Below, in pieces: positions 22,601 through 37,800 of a DNA stretch of 64,000 nt. Under the pieces are notes generated by a model. It made no database searches. It saw only the letters and a list, made by a program, of their open reading frames with translations, and had not been told where the DNA came from. The position numbers and the translations under genes are program-made. The stretch is from Bugula neritina (lineage: Eukaryota; Animalia; Bryozoa), in contig OZ037773.1 in the NCBI GenBank assembly GCA_964035545.1, positions 1,951,751 to 2,015,750 on the forward strand, given 5' to 3'. Position 1 is the first letter of the stretch, and each line of letters begins with the position of its first letter.

Positions 22601-25600
22601 TGGATGCTGTTAAATCGAGTAGAAATATGTTGAATAAGATGAAGTCATGTCTGAGAAACATGAAAGATGCTATGGCGGGCATAGAGAGTTTAACGCTAGC
22701 TGTGTGTGACCTTGGTATGGATGACTACGTCAAACAGTAAGTATATGGTGTTGTAATACTGATATCTTCAATCTGTCATGTATTTATCATCTTAATTATA
22801 AATATACTTTTTATTATCTTATCTTTATAATATGTTTTTAAATAAAAGTCCTCCAGTTTTTGACCTATTTAGTACTATCATAATTTAGGTCACCATTGAG
22901 ATCACAACTCAATAGGTAATACCTTGTGTACTAGTCACCCTGTATACTCCTGTAATTTCTACATCTTTCTCCCCCACAGTCACAATGTCACACTGTCACA
23001 TTGTCACATTGCCACACTGTCACACTGTCACACCCATTAAGATATATCACAAGCCCACCTCTTGTTTCCCTTTTTTTCTGTGAACTACACCCCTCAGTAA
23101 TAAGCCTCGGGTATTCTGAAACCAATATGTTCTGTTAATCAAGGACACGCAGGTAAGTTTTGTGTTGTAAAAGATTTTGTCCTCTCACTTAATGCCCCTG
23201 TCTAATAACTTTCAACTTTCGCTGTTGTAGGTGTTGTCTTGTTATTTCAGCTTTCCCTTTATGTATCTAATGTTAACTGCTTTTTTGGCAAACTTATACC
23301 ACCAATTAATTTGTAGCTACATGAACACACTTGTTATCTCTTCTTTATAGACTAAGTGAATGTCATTATAACCATTTTTTTGTTGAAGAAAGGATAAAAT
23401 TATTGTTGAAACGAAAAATATGGCAACAAATTTATTTATTGTAGCTGCCAGAGGTTGTTTCTTGGAAAAGAAGACAACTCTGTTTAATTAAAACAATTTC
23501 AATTTATAATAATTGATGTACTACTAGATCAACCTAAACATTATAGTTAGCTAAACTTTCATGCTCATATTTACACAGTGCAAAGTTACACAGTATAGAG
23601 TTATATAGTTTGGAGTCACACAGTCTAAAGTTACACAGTATAGAGTTACACAGTCTAAAGTTACACATGGTGCAGAGTTACACAGTCAAAGCTACACAGT
23701 CAAAAGTTACATAGTCTAGAATCACACCGTCTAGACTCTAGAGCTACATAGTGCATAGTTACACAGTGCAGAGTTACACAGTCTAGAGTCACACAGTCTA
23801 GAGTCACATAGTTAGCACAGCACTGAATTGCTCTACAATCGTTCAGGTACAAAGAACGGCGGGCAGAGTTGTCTGAAGCTTTGTTGAGACTGGAGCTGGT
23901 GCAGTCACAGATGGAGGGGTTCAACACTCTGCAGGAGAAGAGTGAGGCCAGTATAGCTGAGATAAACTCCGCGTTGAAGGACTTGGTGACTGACAACAGA
24001 GACTTAGACCACTTGAGACATTGGAGTGAGCAGGTCAACTCCAATATACAGGAGATGGAAAACTTGGTGGGTGGATGGGCTCCATGATGTGTCTTTCTAT
24101 AACACTGCTGATATTATACTGAAATGATTGTCCTACTACTATTAGATGATGTGCCTATGTAATACTGCTACTATTACATAGTGTGTCTCTGTAATACTGC
24201 TACTACTACATAGTGTGTCTCTGTAATACTGTTATTATTAGATGGTGTAACTCGATAACACTGTTACTATTAAATGGTGTGCCTCTGTAATAATGTTACT
24301 ATTAGATAGTGTACCTCTGTAATAATGTTACTATTAGATAGTGTACCTCTGTAATAATGTTACTATTAGATGGTGTACCTCTGTAATACTGCTACTATTA
24401 GATAGTGTACCTCTGTAACACTATTGCTATTAGATGGTGTACCTCTGTAATACTGTTACTATTACATGATGTACTTCTGTAATACTGTTACTATTAGATG
24501 ATGTACCTCTGTAATACTGTTGCTATTAAATGATGTACCTCTGTAATACTGTTACTATTAGATGATGTACCCATGTTGCAGGTGCTTGCGCTGAAGAAAG
24601 AAGGAGTTGATGGCAACTATCAGGGGAGGGTTTCCGCTCTGAAGGAGAATTATTCCCACCTGATAAATAGACTAAGGTGTTTATATACAAACATTTGAAT
24701 TTGAAAGTGTTCCTCATTTATGCAATTATTTTCTCCTGGCAGTGTCTTGTAAACAGATTTGACTGTTTTAGTGCGGTGACCAGCACCAGCTATCAGAGTG
24801 TTGTCCATGCGTCACCGCTCTCAGCCAAGTCGTCCCCTCGCAGATCTCCCAGACGGCAAACTCCCAGCGACCCAGGAACTCCTCGGCATAGTCTGAGGAA
24901 ATGGCTTAGGTAAGTCTAGTATGACATCATAGGTTCTGTTGAGATAGAGTATGACATCATAGGTTCTGTTGATATAGTGCAAGGATTTTCTTTTTTAGAA
25001 CAAAGACAGATGAGCTACAAAATCTCATGTCACAGCCGTTTCCATTTGAAGACAAGAGCATTCAGTCTTTCTGGCACAGCATACAGAAGTACCAGGGGGA
25101 TCTGGTAGTGACTGGCGAGGAGTTTAGTCTGTATGCCGCAGAGGATGAGACCGACCAACCGGCTATGGACCAAATCACTCCTCTTATAGACACATGCTCT
25201 GATCTCAGTTATAGACTTGATACTCATGCGCGGCTCTGTGTACAGTACACTGCTGACCAGGTATCCGCTCATAACACAACTCTTCATTGGCTAATTGTGT
25301 GTATTGAGAGGCTTGATTGGCTAACTGAGTGTAATGGGACTTCTCATTGGCTAACTGTATGCGCTAAGGTGCTTCATTGGCTAACTGTGTGTATTGGGAC
25401 TCTTCGTTGGCTAACTGTGTGTATTGGGACTCTTCGTTGGCTAACTGTGTGTATTGGGACTATTCATTGGCTTATTTTTTGTAAGTTATTGACTAGTTTA
25501 ATGTAGCAAGTTGCTAAAATTTTTATAATATGTCATAAGAAATTTTATTGGCTACTAATATATTATATAACAGAATGGTTTATTGGCTGAACTGAGAAGT

Positions 25601-28600
25601 TTAGAAGAAGCCAAAGCAACATTGCAGCACTCGGAGGTTCCTCTGAGAGATCAGCACAGGATGTGTGGAGAGTTGCTGTCTCAAGTAGCGAGTCTGAAGA
25701 GAAAGGTTCATGACCAGCTCTCTATTAAACTGCCTCCCATATCTATCAACCTGGCTAAGAAGGAGGGGGGCGCTCTTCTCTCTGACACAAGGTAGTTCTA
25801 TACTCTGTACTCTATATTCTATACTTTGTACTCTATATTCTATATTATGTAGTCTATATTCTATACTGTGTACTCTATATTCTATACTGTGTAGTCTATA
25901 TTCTATACTATGTACTTTATATTCTATACTGTGTAGTCTATATCCTATACTCTGTACTTTATACTACGTAGTCTATACTCTGTAGTCTATACTCTGTAGT
26001 CTATACTCTATACTATGTAGTCTATATACTATACTCTGTAGTCTATATTCTATACTATGTAGTCTATACTCTGTAGTCTTTATTATATACTGTGTAATCT
26101 ATATTCTATATTATGTAGTCTATATTCTATACTCTGTAGTCTATACTCTATACTATGTAGTCTATACTCTATACTATGTAGTCTATATTCTATACTATGT
26201 AGTCTATACTATGTAGTCTATACTCTATACTATGTACTCTATATTCTATACCGTGTATTCTATATTCTATGCTCTGTAGTCAATACTCTGTAGTCTATAT
26301 TCTATACTGTGTAGTCTATATTCTAAACTATGTAATCTAGATTCTATACTGTGTAGTCTATACTCTATACTATGTACTCTATATTCTATACCGTGTATTC
26401 TATATTCTATGCTCTGTAGTCAATACTCTGTAGTCTATATTCTATACTGTGTAGTCTATATTCTAAACTATGTAATCTAGATTCTATACTGTGTAGTCTA
26501 TACTATGTAGTCTATACTCTATACTCTGTAATCTATATTCTATACTATGTAGTCTATACTATGTAGTCTATATTCTATACTATGTAGTCTATACTCTGTA
26601 GTCTATATTCTATACTATGTAGCCTATACTATGTAGTCTATATTCTATACTATGTAGTCTATATTCTACACTCTGCATGTTTATAGTATATCAACAATGA
26701 ATGTAACTAGCCATCTTTTACTCTAGTTTTCTACTTTCTCTTTCTCTCCTCTTAGTATGTCATGCAATGTTTAATATAGCAGTTGATGTCTTCCAGTGAG
26801 CTAGACGCTGCTGTAAGTAAAGTGAAGTTAGAGATCAAGGCATTTCACCAGTCACTGGAAGCTTCTATATCCAACCTTGATCAGCTCACCAGGAAGTTGA
26901 GTGAACTACACTCGGATTCCAACCAATTAGAAACAGTCTCTAATAACTTTACCTTCTCTCAGCCAATCAGCAATGATAATGTATCTGAGGCCCTACAGAA
27001 CTGTAAGGTTAGAGCTGTCTTCTCACCACTTCTGATTTTAAAGGGTAAAAGTTGTGATGCACTAAAAGTGCAAGCAAAATAGGAACTTTTCTTCCCACAC
27101 ATCAAGATCACTGCAAAATGTTTTTCCATAAAATTCAATGCGTTATTGGCTAACAGTCCTAGCTTCAGTTCATGGAAAGACATGATTGGGTGTTCAATAC
27201 ATACACATAGTTAGTACTGATGCTTTGTGTCTTTGCTCAAACATGTCTGCTATGTATCTATGACAAAAACATCTACTATAGATTTATGTAGAGGGGAGGG
27301 GGTATGCTAGAGATAGTTGTATATACCGCACACTGACTTTACTGGGTCAGTGTCTTTCTGTTAACGTACTATGAATTTTCGCAACTTGATACATATTGGT
27401 GTGTTCTGAGAGTCATTTAGGCTAAAAATTGCAAATCTGATATGCAAGCATTTGTTATTAATATGCATAATGTGCATATTATAGTGTGTGTATAGTCACT
27501 ATATAGTATATAAAGATATATAGACCACACACGGTATGCATATAGAGTATGCACATGATGGGCTGATATACGAGTATCTTTATCTATGAGTACTATTTTC
27601 AGAGACAGTTAGCATCTCTTAAAGACAAACAGCAGTACGTTGATAAATTACTGAGTAAAAGGAGTGTTTCTATTGGTCGACTACCCAGTCAGGACGACAG
27701 CCAGCTCGAGGAATCTATTTCACAGTCTAAGGGTGTCAGTGAAGAAGTTATTCGTAAACTTGAGCAGCACCAGAGGTAGACTATCGTATATAGTTTAAAT
27801 ATAGTATAAATATAGTATAAATATAGTATAAGTATAGTATAAATATATATATAGTATAAATATATATATATATATATTTTGAAATTAGCATTGTTTATGT
27901 ATCGCTACGCTTGAATGTCTTAACTAGCGTCTGTTAAATGCGCGAGTAAAAATCTACGTTTGTGTCTGCATGAGGTGGAGAGCTCTTTTCGTTTGTTGAG
28001 GGAGGATAATTCCGGTTGTTTTAAAATTACATATTTCTCATAGCTGCATAAGTTACATCTGTTGGTTAGGCTTGAGTATGATTTGCAAATTTTTAAAATG
28101 TTCCATTTTAAGCTGAATTTCGTGTTGTTGTCTTTTAAATTCCAAATGTGTCTGCTGAGTTGTGTGTTGTTGGCTTTATCTGCATGTAGGAAAGAGGCTT
28201 TATGGTTATTGAATCTGGTTTTGAAGGTAGTCGAACAGAGTCCTATGTATGAATGGCTGGAATTATTGTCCTGTCTTGTCACAGTTGCTTGGTATATTAC
28301 GTTTTTGTATAAGCATTTACCATTTAATGGACAGTGGGAAGGTTGTTTGCAGTTACATTGCGTGTCATTTAGTTTAGTAGCGGTAGTAGGGATGTGTGCG
28401 GTTTTAAGTTTGTGATGGTTCGAGCCATCAATAATATTTTTCATGTTGGGCATGCATGAATAACTAATTTTTATGGTTTTCCTATTAAAAATTTTACTTA
28501 GTTGGTTGGATGGTGGAATGCATTTGTCGATGGTTTGAAGAAATTTCTTCCCTATTTTGGTTTTTACTGTTGAACTGAAAGGTGGGTTGTACCACAATAT

Positions 28601-28824
28601 GTTTCTATTTCTATTTTTATTATTGCTGTTGGATTTAGGTGTCGGGTTATATTTTAATTTATAGTCATATCCACTGTTTGATAGTGCTTCTTGGTATGGT
28701 TGTATGGTGGTGAAAAAATCTTCCTCATTGGAGGATATATATATATATATATATATATATACTAAAGAGAGCACATGAAACTAGTAGTAATAAAGTGTTT
28801 TAAATCAAATTTTATCGTTCATTA

Positions 28825-28859
<35 letters not shown>

Positions 28860-31800
28860 ATATATGTGTATATAAAAGTAATGAACGATAAAATTTGCTT
28901 TAAAACACTTTATTACTACTAGTTTCATGTGCTCTCTTTAGTGGTAAACTATACACCATTTTATATATATATATATATATATACACTGTATATATATATA
29001 CAGTGTATATATATATACACTGTATATATATATATACAGTGTATATATATATATATACTGTATATATATATACAGTATATATATACAGTATATAATATAA
29101 CAGTACATATGATACATATTGAAATTATCAAGTTTAAATTATCACTGTTTTCCTGTTATGAAAATAAAACAAATACTATAATACTTGTTCAACAAATAGA
29201 TGTATGATTAGATAAAGATTGTAGTAATGTTACAGTTTGCACCTTCACTTGTACATGTTATAAGTAAGTTAATATTTACTTTTCTACTCTATTTTTAAGA
29301 TTCTTATCAATTGTTTCTCTTTAGCAATCTCAGCTCACTTCACCAGACTGTGGAGAAGTTTGACAAGCAGTGTGAGGAGGCAGAGCTGAGTCTAGCAGAT
29401 GCGGAGGTGTTACTCAGCAAAGCCATACCTACGGCTAATGAAGAACCTATTGTAATGCAAAGCGTTGAAGTTGTGAAGACGCAGTGTAAGACACGACTAC
29501 ACGAGTGTGTAACGCGCCTCGAGCAAGCTGAGATAGCTGTCACTGAATTACAACAGAAAAATAGTGGACTCAGTGAAGTGGAAACGCAAAAAGACATTGT
29601 TAAAGGTGCAGTAGATCTATAGTAATATAATATGGTATGTTGTATATACAACTTGATAATATTATAATATAACAGTATGTAGTATACAAAACTTTATAGT
29701 ATTTTAATGATAGTATATACAACCCTTTAGTATTACATGTATATAATAGTATCATGCACAATTCTATAGTATGATATTATAGTATATGGTCTATGCAACT
29801 TAATAATGACATAATATGACAGTGTGCAGTATTTGAAATATTTTAGTATTATATGACAGTATATACAACTATACCATAATATTATAATGGTATACATGCA
29901 CAATTTTATAGTATGATCTTATAGCCTATAGTATATGTAACTTTATGTTATTATATGATAGTATATAGTATATACTGCTCTAAAGTATTATATGATAGTA
30001 TATAGTATATAAAACTCTAAAGTATTATATGATAGTATATAGTATATACAACTCTAAAGTATTATATGATAGTATATAATATAGATAACTCTATAGTATC
30101 AGGGGAGATAATTGTGTGGTCTCATTATTTAGTCATCCAAGCTAAACACAAAACGCTGTCGGAGAAGTTACAGGAAGTAGAACATAAAATGACAGCAGCT
30201 GCAGACACCCAACGAGCTCTAGAGTGTCTTATACAGAAGTTTGACAACTGGATGGAGAGATCAAGGAGTACTGTGGGAGAAGAAATTAGTCTGACGAGTG
30301 GACTGAATGATATGCGAGATCATATTATAAGACTTCATGTGAGCTGTTTACATTAGACAGTGCATTGTGGGTATAGCAGATGGTTACATTGTCGAATGCA
30401 TTCTTGAAATAGTATATTACATATTGTCAAATGCATTATGGGTACATCAGATGTTCACATTAGCCAATGCATTGTGGGTATAGTTGTTCATGTTGTCAAA
30501 TGCATGGTGTGGGCATAGTTTTTTACATTGGCAATTGCAATGTGAGTATAGTTGTGGGTATAGCAGATGGTTACATTGGTAAACGCATTGGTGGTGTAGT
30601 TGTGCATGTTGTCAAATGCATTGTAGTTATGATTGTGTACAAACGTTAGAGGTGATTGTAGGAACTAGAGAAGTCTGAGGAGACGACGGTAGGTTGGGTT
30701 ACCGAGATGAAGAAAATGGTGCGGTCTCTCGCTCCATTCTCCAGCAAACAAGAGCAGACGTCTTTGTCAAATCGCATAGCTGCTAAAGAGAAAGGATTTG
30801 ATGAGCTGAGACGTGAGTTCTTCTAAAGATCATTGAAATATTATCAAATATGACGTAACATCTTTCCGCTTACTCTATCTGTTAAATACCTGCTACTTGT
30901 AGACACTGACTAGTAGTATAGAGATGTGTAGACTAACTCTCATCTATTTATTATATATTCTGGCTAATAGAATAGAATAACTGTCATGTAATTATTATAT
31001 ATTCTGGCTAATAGAATAGAATGTGTAGACTGACTGTCATCTATTTATTATATGCTCTGACTAATAGAATAGAATGTGTAGACTGACTGTCGTCTATTTG
31101 TAGACACTTTAGCTGACAAAATAGCAGGCCTTTCTAAAGAAATGGATGTGGTGATAACATGGATACAGAAATCAGCCTCTCTTTCAGAACGGCGCAATAA
31201 GTTGAAACACCAGCTGTCTGATCTTTCTAATATAGAAACTACTGAAGAATCTGTTTCTTCTAAACTCAACACATTGCAGGTAAATATATACTCTAAACTC
31301 AACACACTGCAGGTAAATATAATATACTCTAAGCTTATTTAAGTGTCATAAATATTTAGTATATACATGGAATAACCTCATATATACATAATATATATGT
31401 ACATGTAAAATGTTGTCTGTTACAGTCACATGTTTCATCAGTTGAAGAGCTTCAGCGGGAGCTTCATGAGCTAACGTCTGCAATACCAGCAGCTGTCACC
31501 GAAAAGCAGCGCAAATCTTCCCAGAATGCAGGGGTCAGTTTTGCCGTCGGCTCAGTAATACTTTTTGTTCGTTTCTATTGGTTGATTGAGCAGAGTGGTA
31601 TATTTCTCTATTGGTTGTATTAAACAGACACACATGATATATGCCTTTATTGGTTGAGTCAAATAGATGTATTCGCTACACGTTTCAGAGGTCATGTGAC
31701 TCTCTCTACTCAGAAGTTGTTTCTATGCATAAGACACTGGAGCAGACAGACAGAGTTTGGGCACAGTTCAAACATCTATCTGGTCAAGTTAAAGATCATC

Positions 31801-34800
31801 TTCGTCATTGCCACAGTCAGATAGAGGCTGTCAATGTGCCTGGAGTGTCACTAGATGCTAGAAGAGAAAGATATGAGGTGGGTGTGTCTATACAATACAG
31901 AGTGGGTGTGTCTATACAATACAGAGTGGGTGTATCTATACAATACAGAGTAGGTGTGTCTATACAATACAGAGTGGGTGTGTCTATACAATACAGAGTG
32001 GGTGTGTCTTTACAATACAGAGTGGGTGTGTCTATACAATACAGAGTAGGTGTGTCTATACAATACAGAGTAGGTGTGTCTATACAATACAGTGGGAGAG
32101 AGTCTATACAATACAGGGTAGGTGTGTCTAGACAATACAGGGTAGGTGTGTCTATGTAATATGGAGTAGGCGAATCTTAAGGTGGGTGATATGTTTGTGA
32201 ACACAAAGCAATTTTATTTTCAGGAAATCTGTGAAGCCTTAGAACATTACCCAGAAGGCTGTTCCCCACAGGGCCTACAGGAACTTCTATCAACCTGTCC
32301 CGTAGCATCTCCAACTTTGTATCCTGAGGCTATAGCTATTCTAGATGACCATGAAGCTCTTAGCGCTGAAGTACGAAAAGGTGTGTGTATATATTTATGC
32401 TACACAGAGCACATTTCATGTGTTGCCACTATATTACACAGATCACAAATTACATGTTGTTACTGTACGACACAGAGTAAATGTCACATGCCACTGCATT
32501 ACACTAAACACACGTCACATGTTGCCACTGTATGACACAGAGCACATGTTGTACGATGTCGCTGTATGGCACGAAGAATGTGTCACATGTTGTCACATGT
32601 TGTAACAGTACACTGTACTACACAGAGCACATGTCACATGTTGTAACTGTACACTGTATCGCACAGAGCACATGTCACATGTTGTCACTGTACACTGTAC
32701 TACACAGAGCACATGTCACATGTTGTCACTGTACACTGTACGACACAGGTGCTGCTCAACTCACCAAAAAGCTGCTGGCCAGATCTGCTTTGGAAAAGAA
32801 CCTTAAAACAGCCAGTGAGACGCTGCAAGGTGTAGGCAAAAGAGTACACAGCTCTTTGGTGTTAGAGGACTGGAATGTCAGCTCATGTGACACTATTCTC
32901 AGGTTCCTAGAGGTAACAATCTGATTCCCTTGTTGTGATCATTTGTAGACAAGATGTCTTGTATATAATGTATATATATATCCTGTAGGCTAAGTCTAGA
33001 GTATATAGCTATTATATAGACAGAGTATAGAGTATATATATACATTATATCGACAAAGTATAGAGTATATATTCATTATATAGACAAAGTATAGAGTATA
33101 TATACATTATATAGACAGAGTATAGAGTATATATTCATTATATAGACAAAGTATAGAGTATATATTCATTATATAGACCGAGTATAGAGTATATAGTTAT
33201 TATATAGACATAGTATAGAGTATATATTCATTATATAGACAGAGTATAGAGTATATATACATTATATAGACAGAGTATAGAGTATATATTCATTATATAG
33301 ACAGAGTATATAGTCGTTATATAGACAGAGTATAGAGTATATATTCATTATATAGACAGAGTATAGAGTATATAGCCATTATATAGACAGAGTATAGAGT
33401 ATATATTCATTATATAGACAAAGTATAGAGCGTATATATACATCTTGTAGACAGAAGAGCAAGAGGTACAAGCCATGTATGCTCAGATCAGGCCCATGAT
33501 CACAGCACAGAAAGAAGAACATTCTAGTAAGGAAGAATCAATGACCCTTGACCTCAAAGACAGCATTGAAGAGTTTGAAGATAGTCACAGAGATGTTGTG
33601 GCACTTGTACTGCAGGTATTCATGTGATCATTACTAATAACTAGATATTCATTACAGCGAGTAGGCCTAATAGTTGAGTAGTTAGCGAGTGATTACAGTG
33701 AGTGACAATTGAGTAGTTAGTGAGTGATTAAAGTGAGTGACAATGGTGTAGTTAGTGAGTGATTCGAGTGAGTGACAATTGAGTAGTTAGTGAGTGATTA
33801 GAGTGGGTAATAGTTGAGTAGTTAGTGAGTGATTAGAGTGGGTAATAGTTGAGTAGTTAGTGAGTGATTAGAGTGGGTAATAGTTGAGTAGTTAGTGAGT
33901 GATTAGAGTGGGTAATAGTTGAGTAGTTAGTGAGTGAATAGAGTGAGTGACAGTTGAATAGGTAGTTAATGAGAAATTACAGTGAGTGATAGCAGAGTAG
34001 TTAAAATTTGGTTGACTGTTTTAATACTTGTTGAGTTGTATTTGTATTACATAATCAGCCAGGTGTTATGTTTTTGTTATTTGCTATTATGATGTAGACT
34101 GACTTTATTTTACACTATAATTCTTTTCACATGCGAAACATGATGATACATCACCCATTATGTGGTTAGATGGCTTCATTCTTGCAACATAGGTCATATT
34201 ATAAAACATCACAACAGTTTCTGTAGATAGCCATATATTATATTAAAGGAAAAGGAAGTGTTGACATTGGCCAAAGAGTTCTGCCAGTATATAACCGAGT
34301 CTGTAGAGGTCATTGAGGCCTGGTTGGCACAAACAGGTAAACTGTGCGAAGACATCGATAACTGTAATTTACCTGTTGAGGAGATTGAAGAGAAGCTTCA
34401 GGTGCGGCTTTTTACATTAGATGAGATATAGGCTATTCTATATATTTTATTATATACTATATTTAGTAGATGTAGTGTGCTATATACTCACACTCACGCA
34501 AGTTTAGAGTCGCTATCCCTGTGAGAAACCCCTGATGGAAAGGGTTTTTGTTAGAACAGGCTAAGGACTTATTTAAATAAGGCACAGGAGCAATTATGAC
34601 TGGATGCTCTTCCTAACATCACCAATGGCCTTTGTCTGGGCTCGAACCCATGACTTCATGTTCACAAAGCAAACGCTCTAACCCCTAGACCACGGCTGCT
34701 CCCTATATAGTATGATATATAGTATACAATATATACTATATCTAGTAGATGTAGTGTGCTATATAGAGTACAAACTACAATATATACTAAATCTAATAAA

Positions 34801-37800
34801 TGTAATATTTTCTATATAGAATACAATACACGCAATATGTTGTATATTGTATTTTATATAAAATACAATATACACTATGCAAATCTAGTAGATGTTTAAG
34901 AGCTACTGGCTTTGTCATAACTGAAAGTAATAATTTACATAAACATACTTTAATTGTGATCATTTGTTAAATAATATGGCATAATTCTTCAACAATGAGC
35001 ATATTTTATAGAAACATAAATAATTTGAATTTTTGCTGTGTATTATTTAGTGTTGCACAGTAGGTTAGATTATTGAGTGATTTCAGTCAGCTTTGAGTGA
35101 TGTGGCTGGACTCCGACAGCACCTCTGTAGACTCAGTCAGTACACGCAGCAGGTTGCTGATTCCCTGAGCCCGGCAGCACGTGCCAAACTGAGTGAGTTG
35201 GTTGACAGCCTGACTGAGAATACTGACAGTCGGTGAGTATCACTATGTACTATGTACTATATACTATCACTATGTACTATATACTATCACTATGTACTAT
35301 ATACTATGTACTGTATACTATATACTGTATACTATATACTGTATCCTATGTACTATGTACTATATACTACGTACTGTATACTATATACTGTATACTATAT
35401 ACTGTATACTATATACTGTATACTATCACTATATACTGTATGCTATCACTATGTACTATATACTATCACTATGTACTATATACTATCACTATGTACTATA
35501 TACTATCACTATGTACTAAATACTATCACTATGGACTATATACTATCACTATATACTATATACTATCACTATATACTATATACTATCACTATGTACTATA
35601 TACTATCACTATATACTATATAGTAAGAACTTACCATAAATCAACATTTCTACAACACTGTAAAGTGAGCACTCTATATTAAAGTATATACTATGTTATG
35701 TTGTATAGAGAGAACGCTATAGCTCAGCTATTAGACCTTCATGGTGAACTGGGACAGACTCGGGCTCAACACGCCACCCAGTACTCTCACTTAGAGCAAC
35801 TTATTGACTCCTATGCTAATCAACTTACTTCCGCTGACTCTGCCCCTCTCTCCAGTCTCTCTGTGTGTCAGAAGAAACTGAAGCAGCTGCAGGTGTGCTG
35901 TCGCTCATATATTTACATCATCATCTCTGTATTCACTAATTACCAAACAGAACTCCTTTGTATCTGTGTCAGTCTAACTGAAACTTATCATCTATCAGTC
36001 AATAGAAGCGGAAGAAGCAGATATCCAGCAGTCCGTTATGGCTCTTCAGGAAACAACCAACACCCTGTCTAAACTCATCCCTCCTGGCAACAAGCTCCGC
36101 CTACCATGTGGCGGTAAGCTCCACCCATCTGTTGCCGAAGCTGATATGCTGGAAGCAAAAGTGAAGGCGCTGTGCGCTGATCGATGGTCAAATCTCAGTG
36201 CCAAGTTAGCAGAGGTAGTATATTACAATATGACTATCTATATTATTACTATATTACAATGTGACTATCTATATTATTACTATATTACAATGTGACTATC
36301 TATATTATTACTATATTACAATATGACTATCTATATTATTACTATATTACAATGTGACTATCTATATTATTACTATATTACAATATGACTATCTGTATTA
36401 TTACTATATTACAATGTGACTATCAATATTATTACTATATTACAATATGACTATCTATATTATTACTATATTACAATGTGACTATCTGTATTATTACTAT
36501 ATTACAATGTGACTATCTGTATTATTACTATATTACAATACGACTATCTATATTATTACTATATTACAATGTGACTATCTGTATTATTACTGCATGATCG
36601 TATGACTATATTATTAATATACTGCAATATGGCTATCTACATTATTACTATTGCTGTTAGCATTTATTATCAATTTTCACAACCAGGTGAAAGAAGAAAC
36701 GGCTTGTGCTGTGAAACTGTACAACCAATTAGAAGAGAAGCAGAGAGAAATAAGAGGTGACAAACTACAACAAGTCATGTCAGAGCTAGCGGAAGCTGAG
36801 TCTAAGAAATTAACTTCTCTACCTTTATCAGAGCTAGGCAAGCTGTCACAAGCAGCCAACAAGGTAACATCTGCTCTCTCAATAAACCTCTAGCTATCAC
36901 CTTAATACTTCATATGCTAGTATGTTGATATCTTAATGGAATATTTTGCGTATGGTATAATAATATAGTTTATTATATTTACCAGAACTCTGCAGTCATC
37001 AGTCAGTTGTGGCAGAATTTCTTGTCTGCTAAAGATTTGGAGTCGTCTCTTTGTTCGCGGGTTGGAAATCTCAGTGAGCCGGTTATAAGCCCAGAAATCG
37101 CGACTCAGTTATCAGAGTGAGTGACAACCTCTATAACGATATGATATATCAGAGTAAGTGGTATGATATATCAGAGTAAGTGATATAATATATCAGAGTA
37201 AGTGGTATGATATATCAGAGTAAGTGATATAATATATCAGAGTAAGTGATATGATATATCAGAGTAAGTGGTATGATATATCAGAGTAAGTTATATGATA
37301 TATCAGCTAGAGTAAGATATATGATATATCAGAGTAAGTGATATGATATATCAGAGCAAGTGGTATGATATATCAGAGTAAGTTATATGATATATCAGCT
37401 AGAGTAAGATATATGATATATCAGAGCAAGTGGTATGATATATCAGAGCAAGTGGTATGATATATCAGAGTAAGTGGTATGATATATCAGAGTAAGTGAT
37501 ATGACATATCAGAGTAAGGGATATGATATATCAGAGTAAGTGATCGTCTTTCCAGTTAGATGATTTCTCATAATACCGTGTTAGTAGGAATGCTAGTAGT
37601 AGAAATACTGGTGTAATATATGGTATAACTTTACTGCATGGTATAATATACAGTATAGATTTATTAACATTAGTGTGTACATGCAGATATTTATAGATTC
37701 TACAAGTAGTTATAGCGATAGACATAAACACATTAATAATTGAACACTATGCATTATAAAAGACAGCATAAAAGTGTGATAAATGAAGAATCCACAACAA

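Noticed and set aside
25261-25270. Second U12 intron (donor GTATCCGC)
   Set aside because: Lacks the TT at +7/+8 and no CCTTAAC-like branch site near the acceptor at 25573; it fits a U2 CAG|GTAT donor.
27880-27920. SECIS element for the Penelope-like element
   Set aside because: No in-frame TGA in the ORF, and the 3' UTR is too short with no SECIS-like stem.
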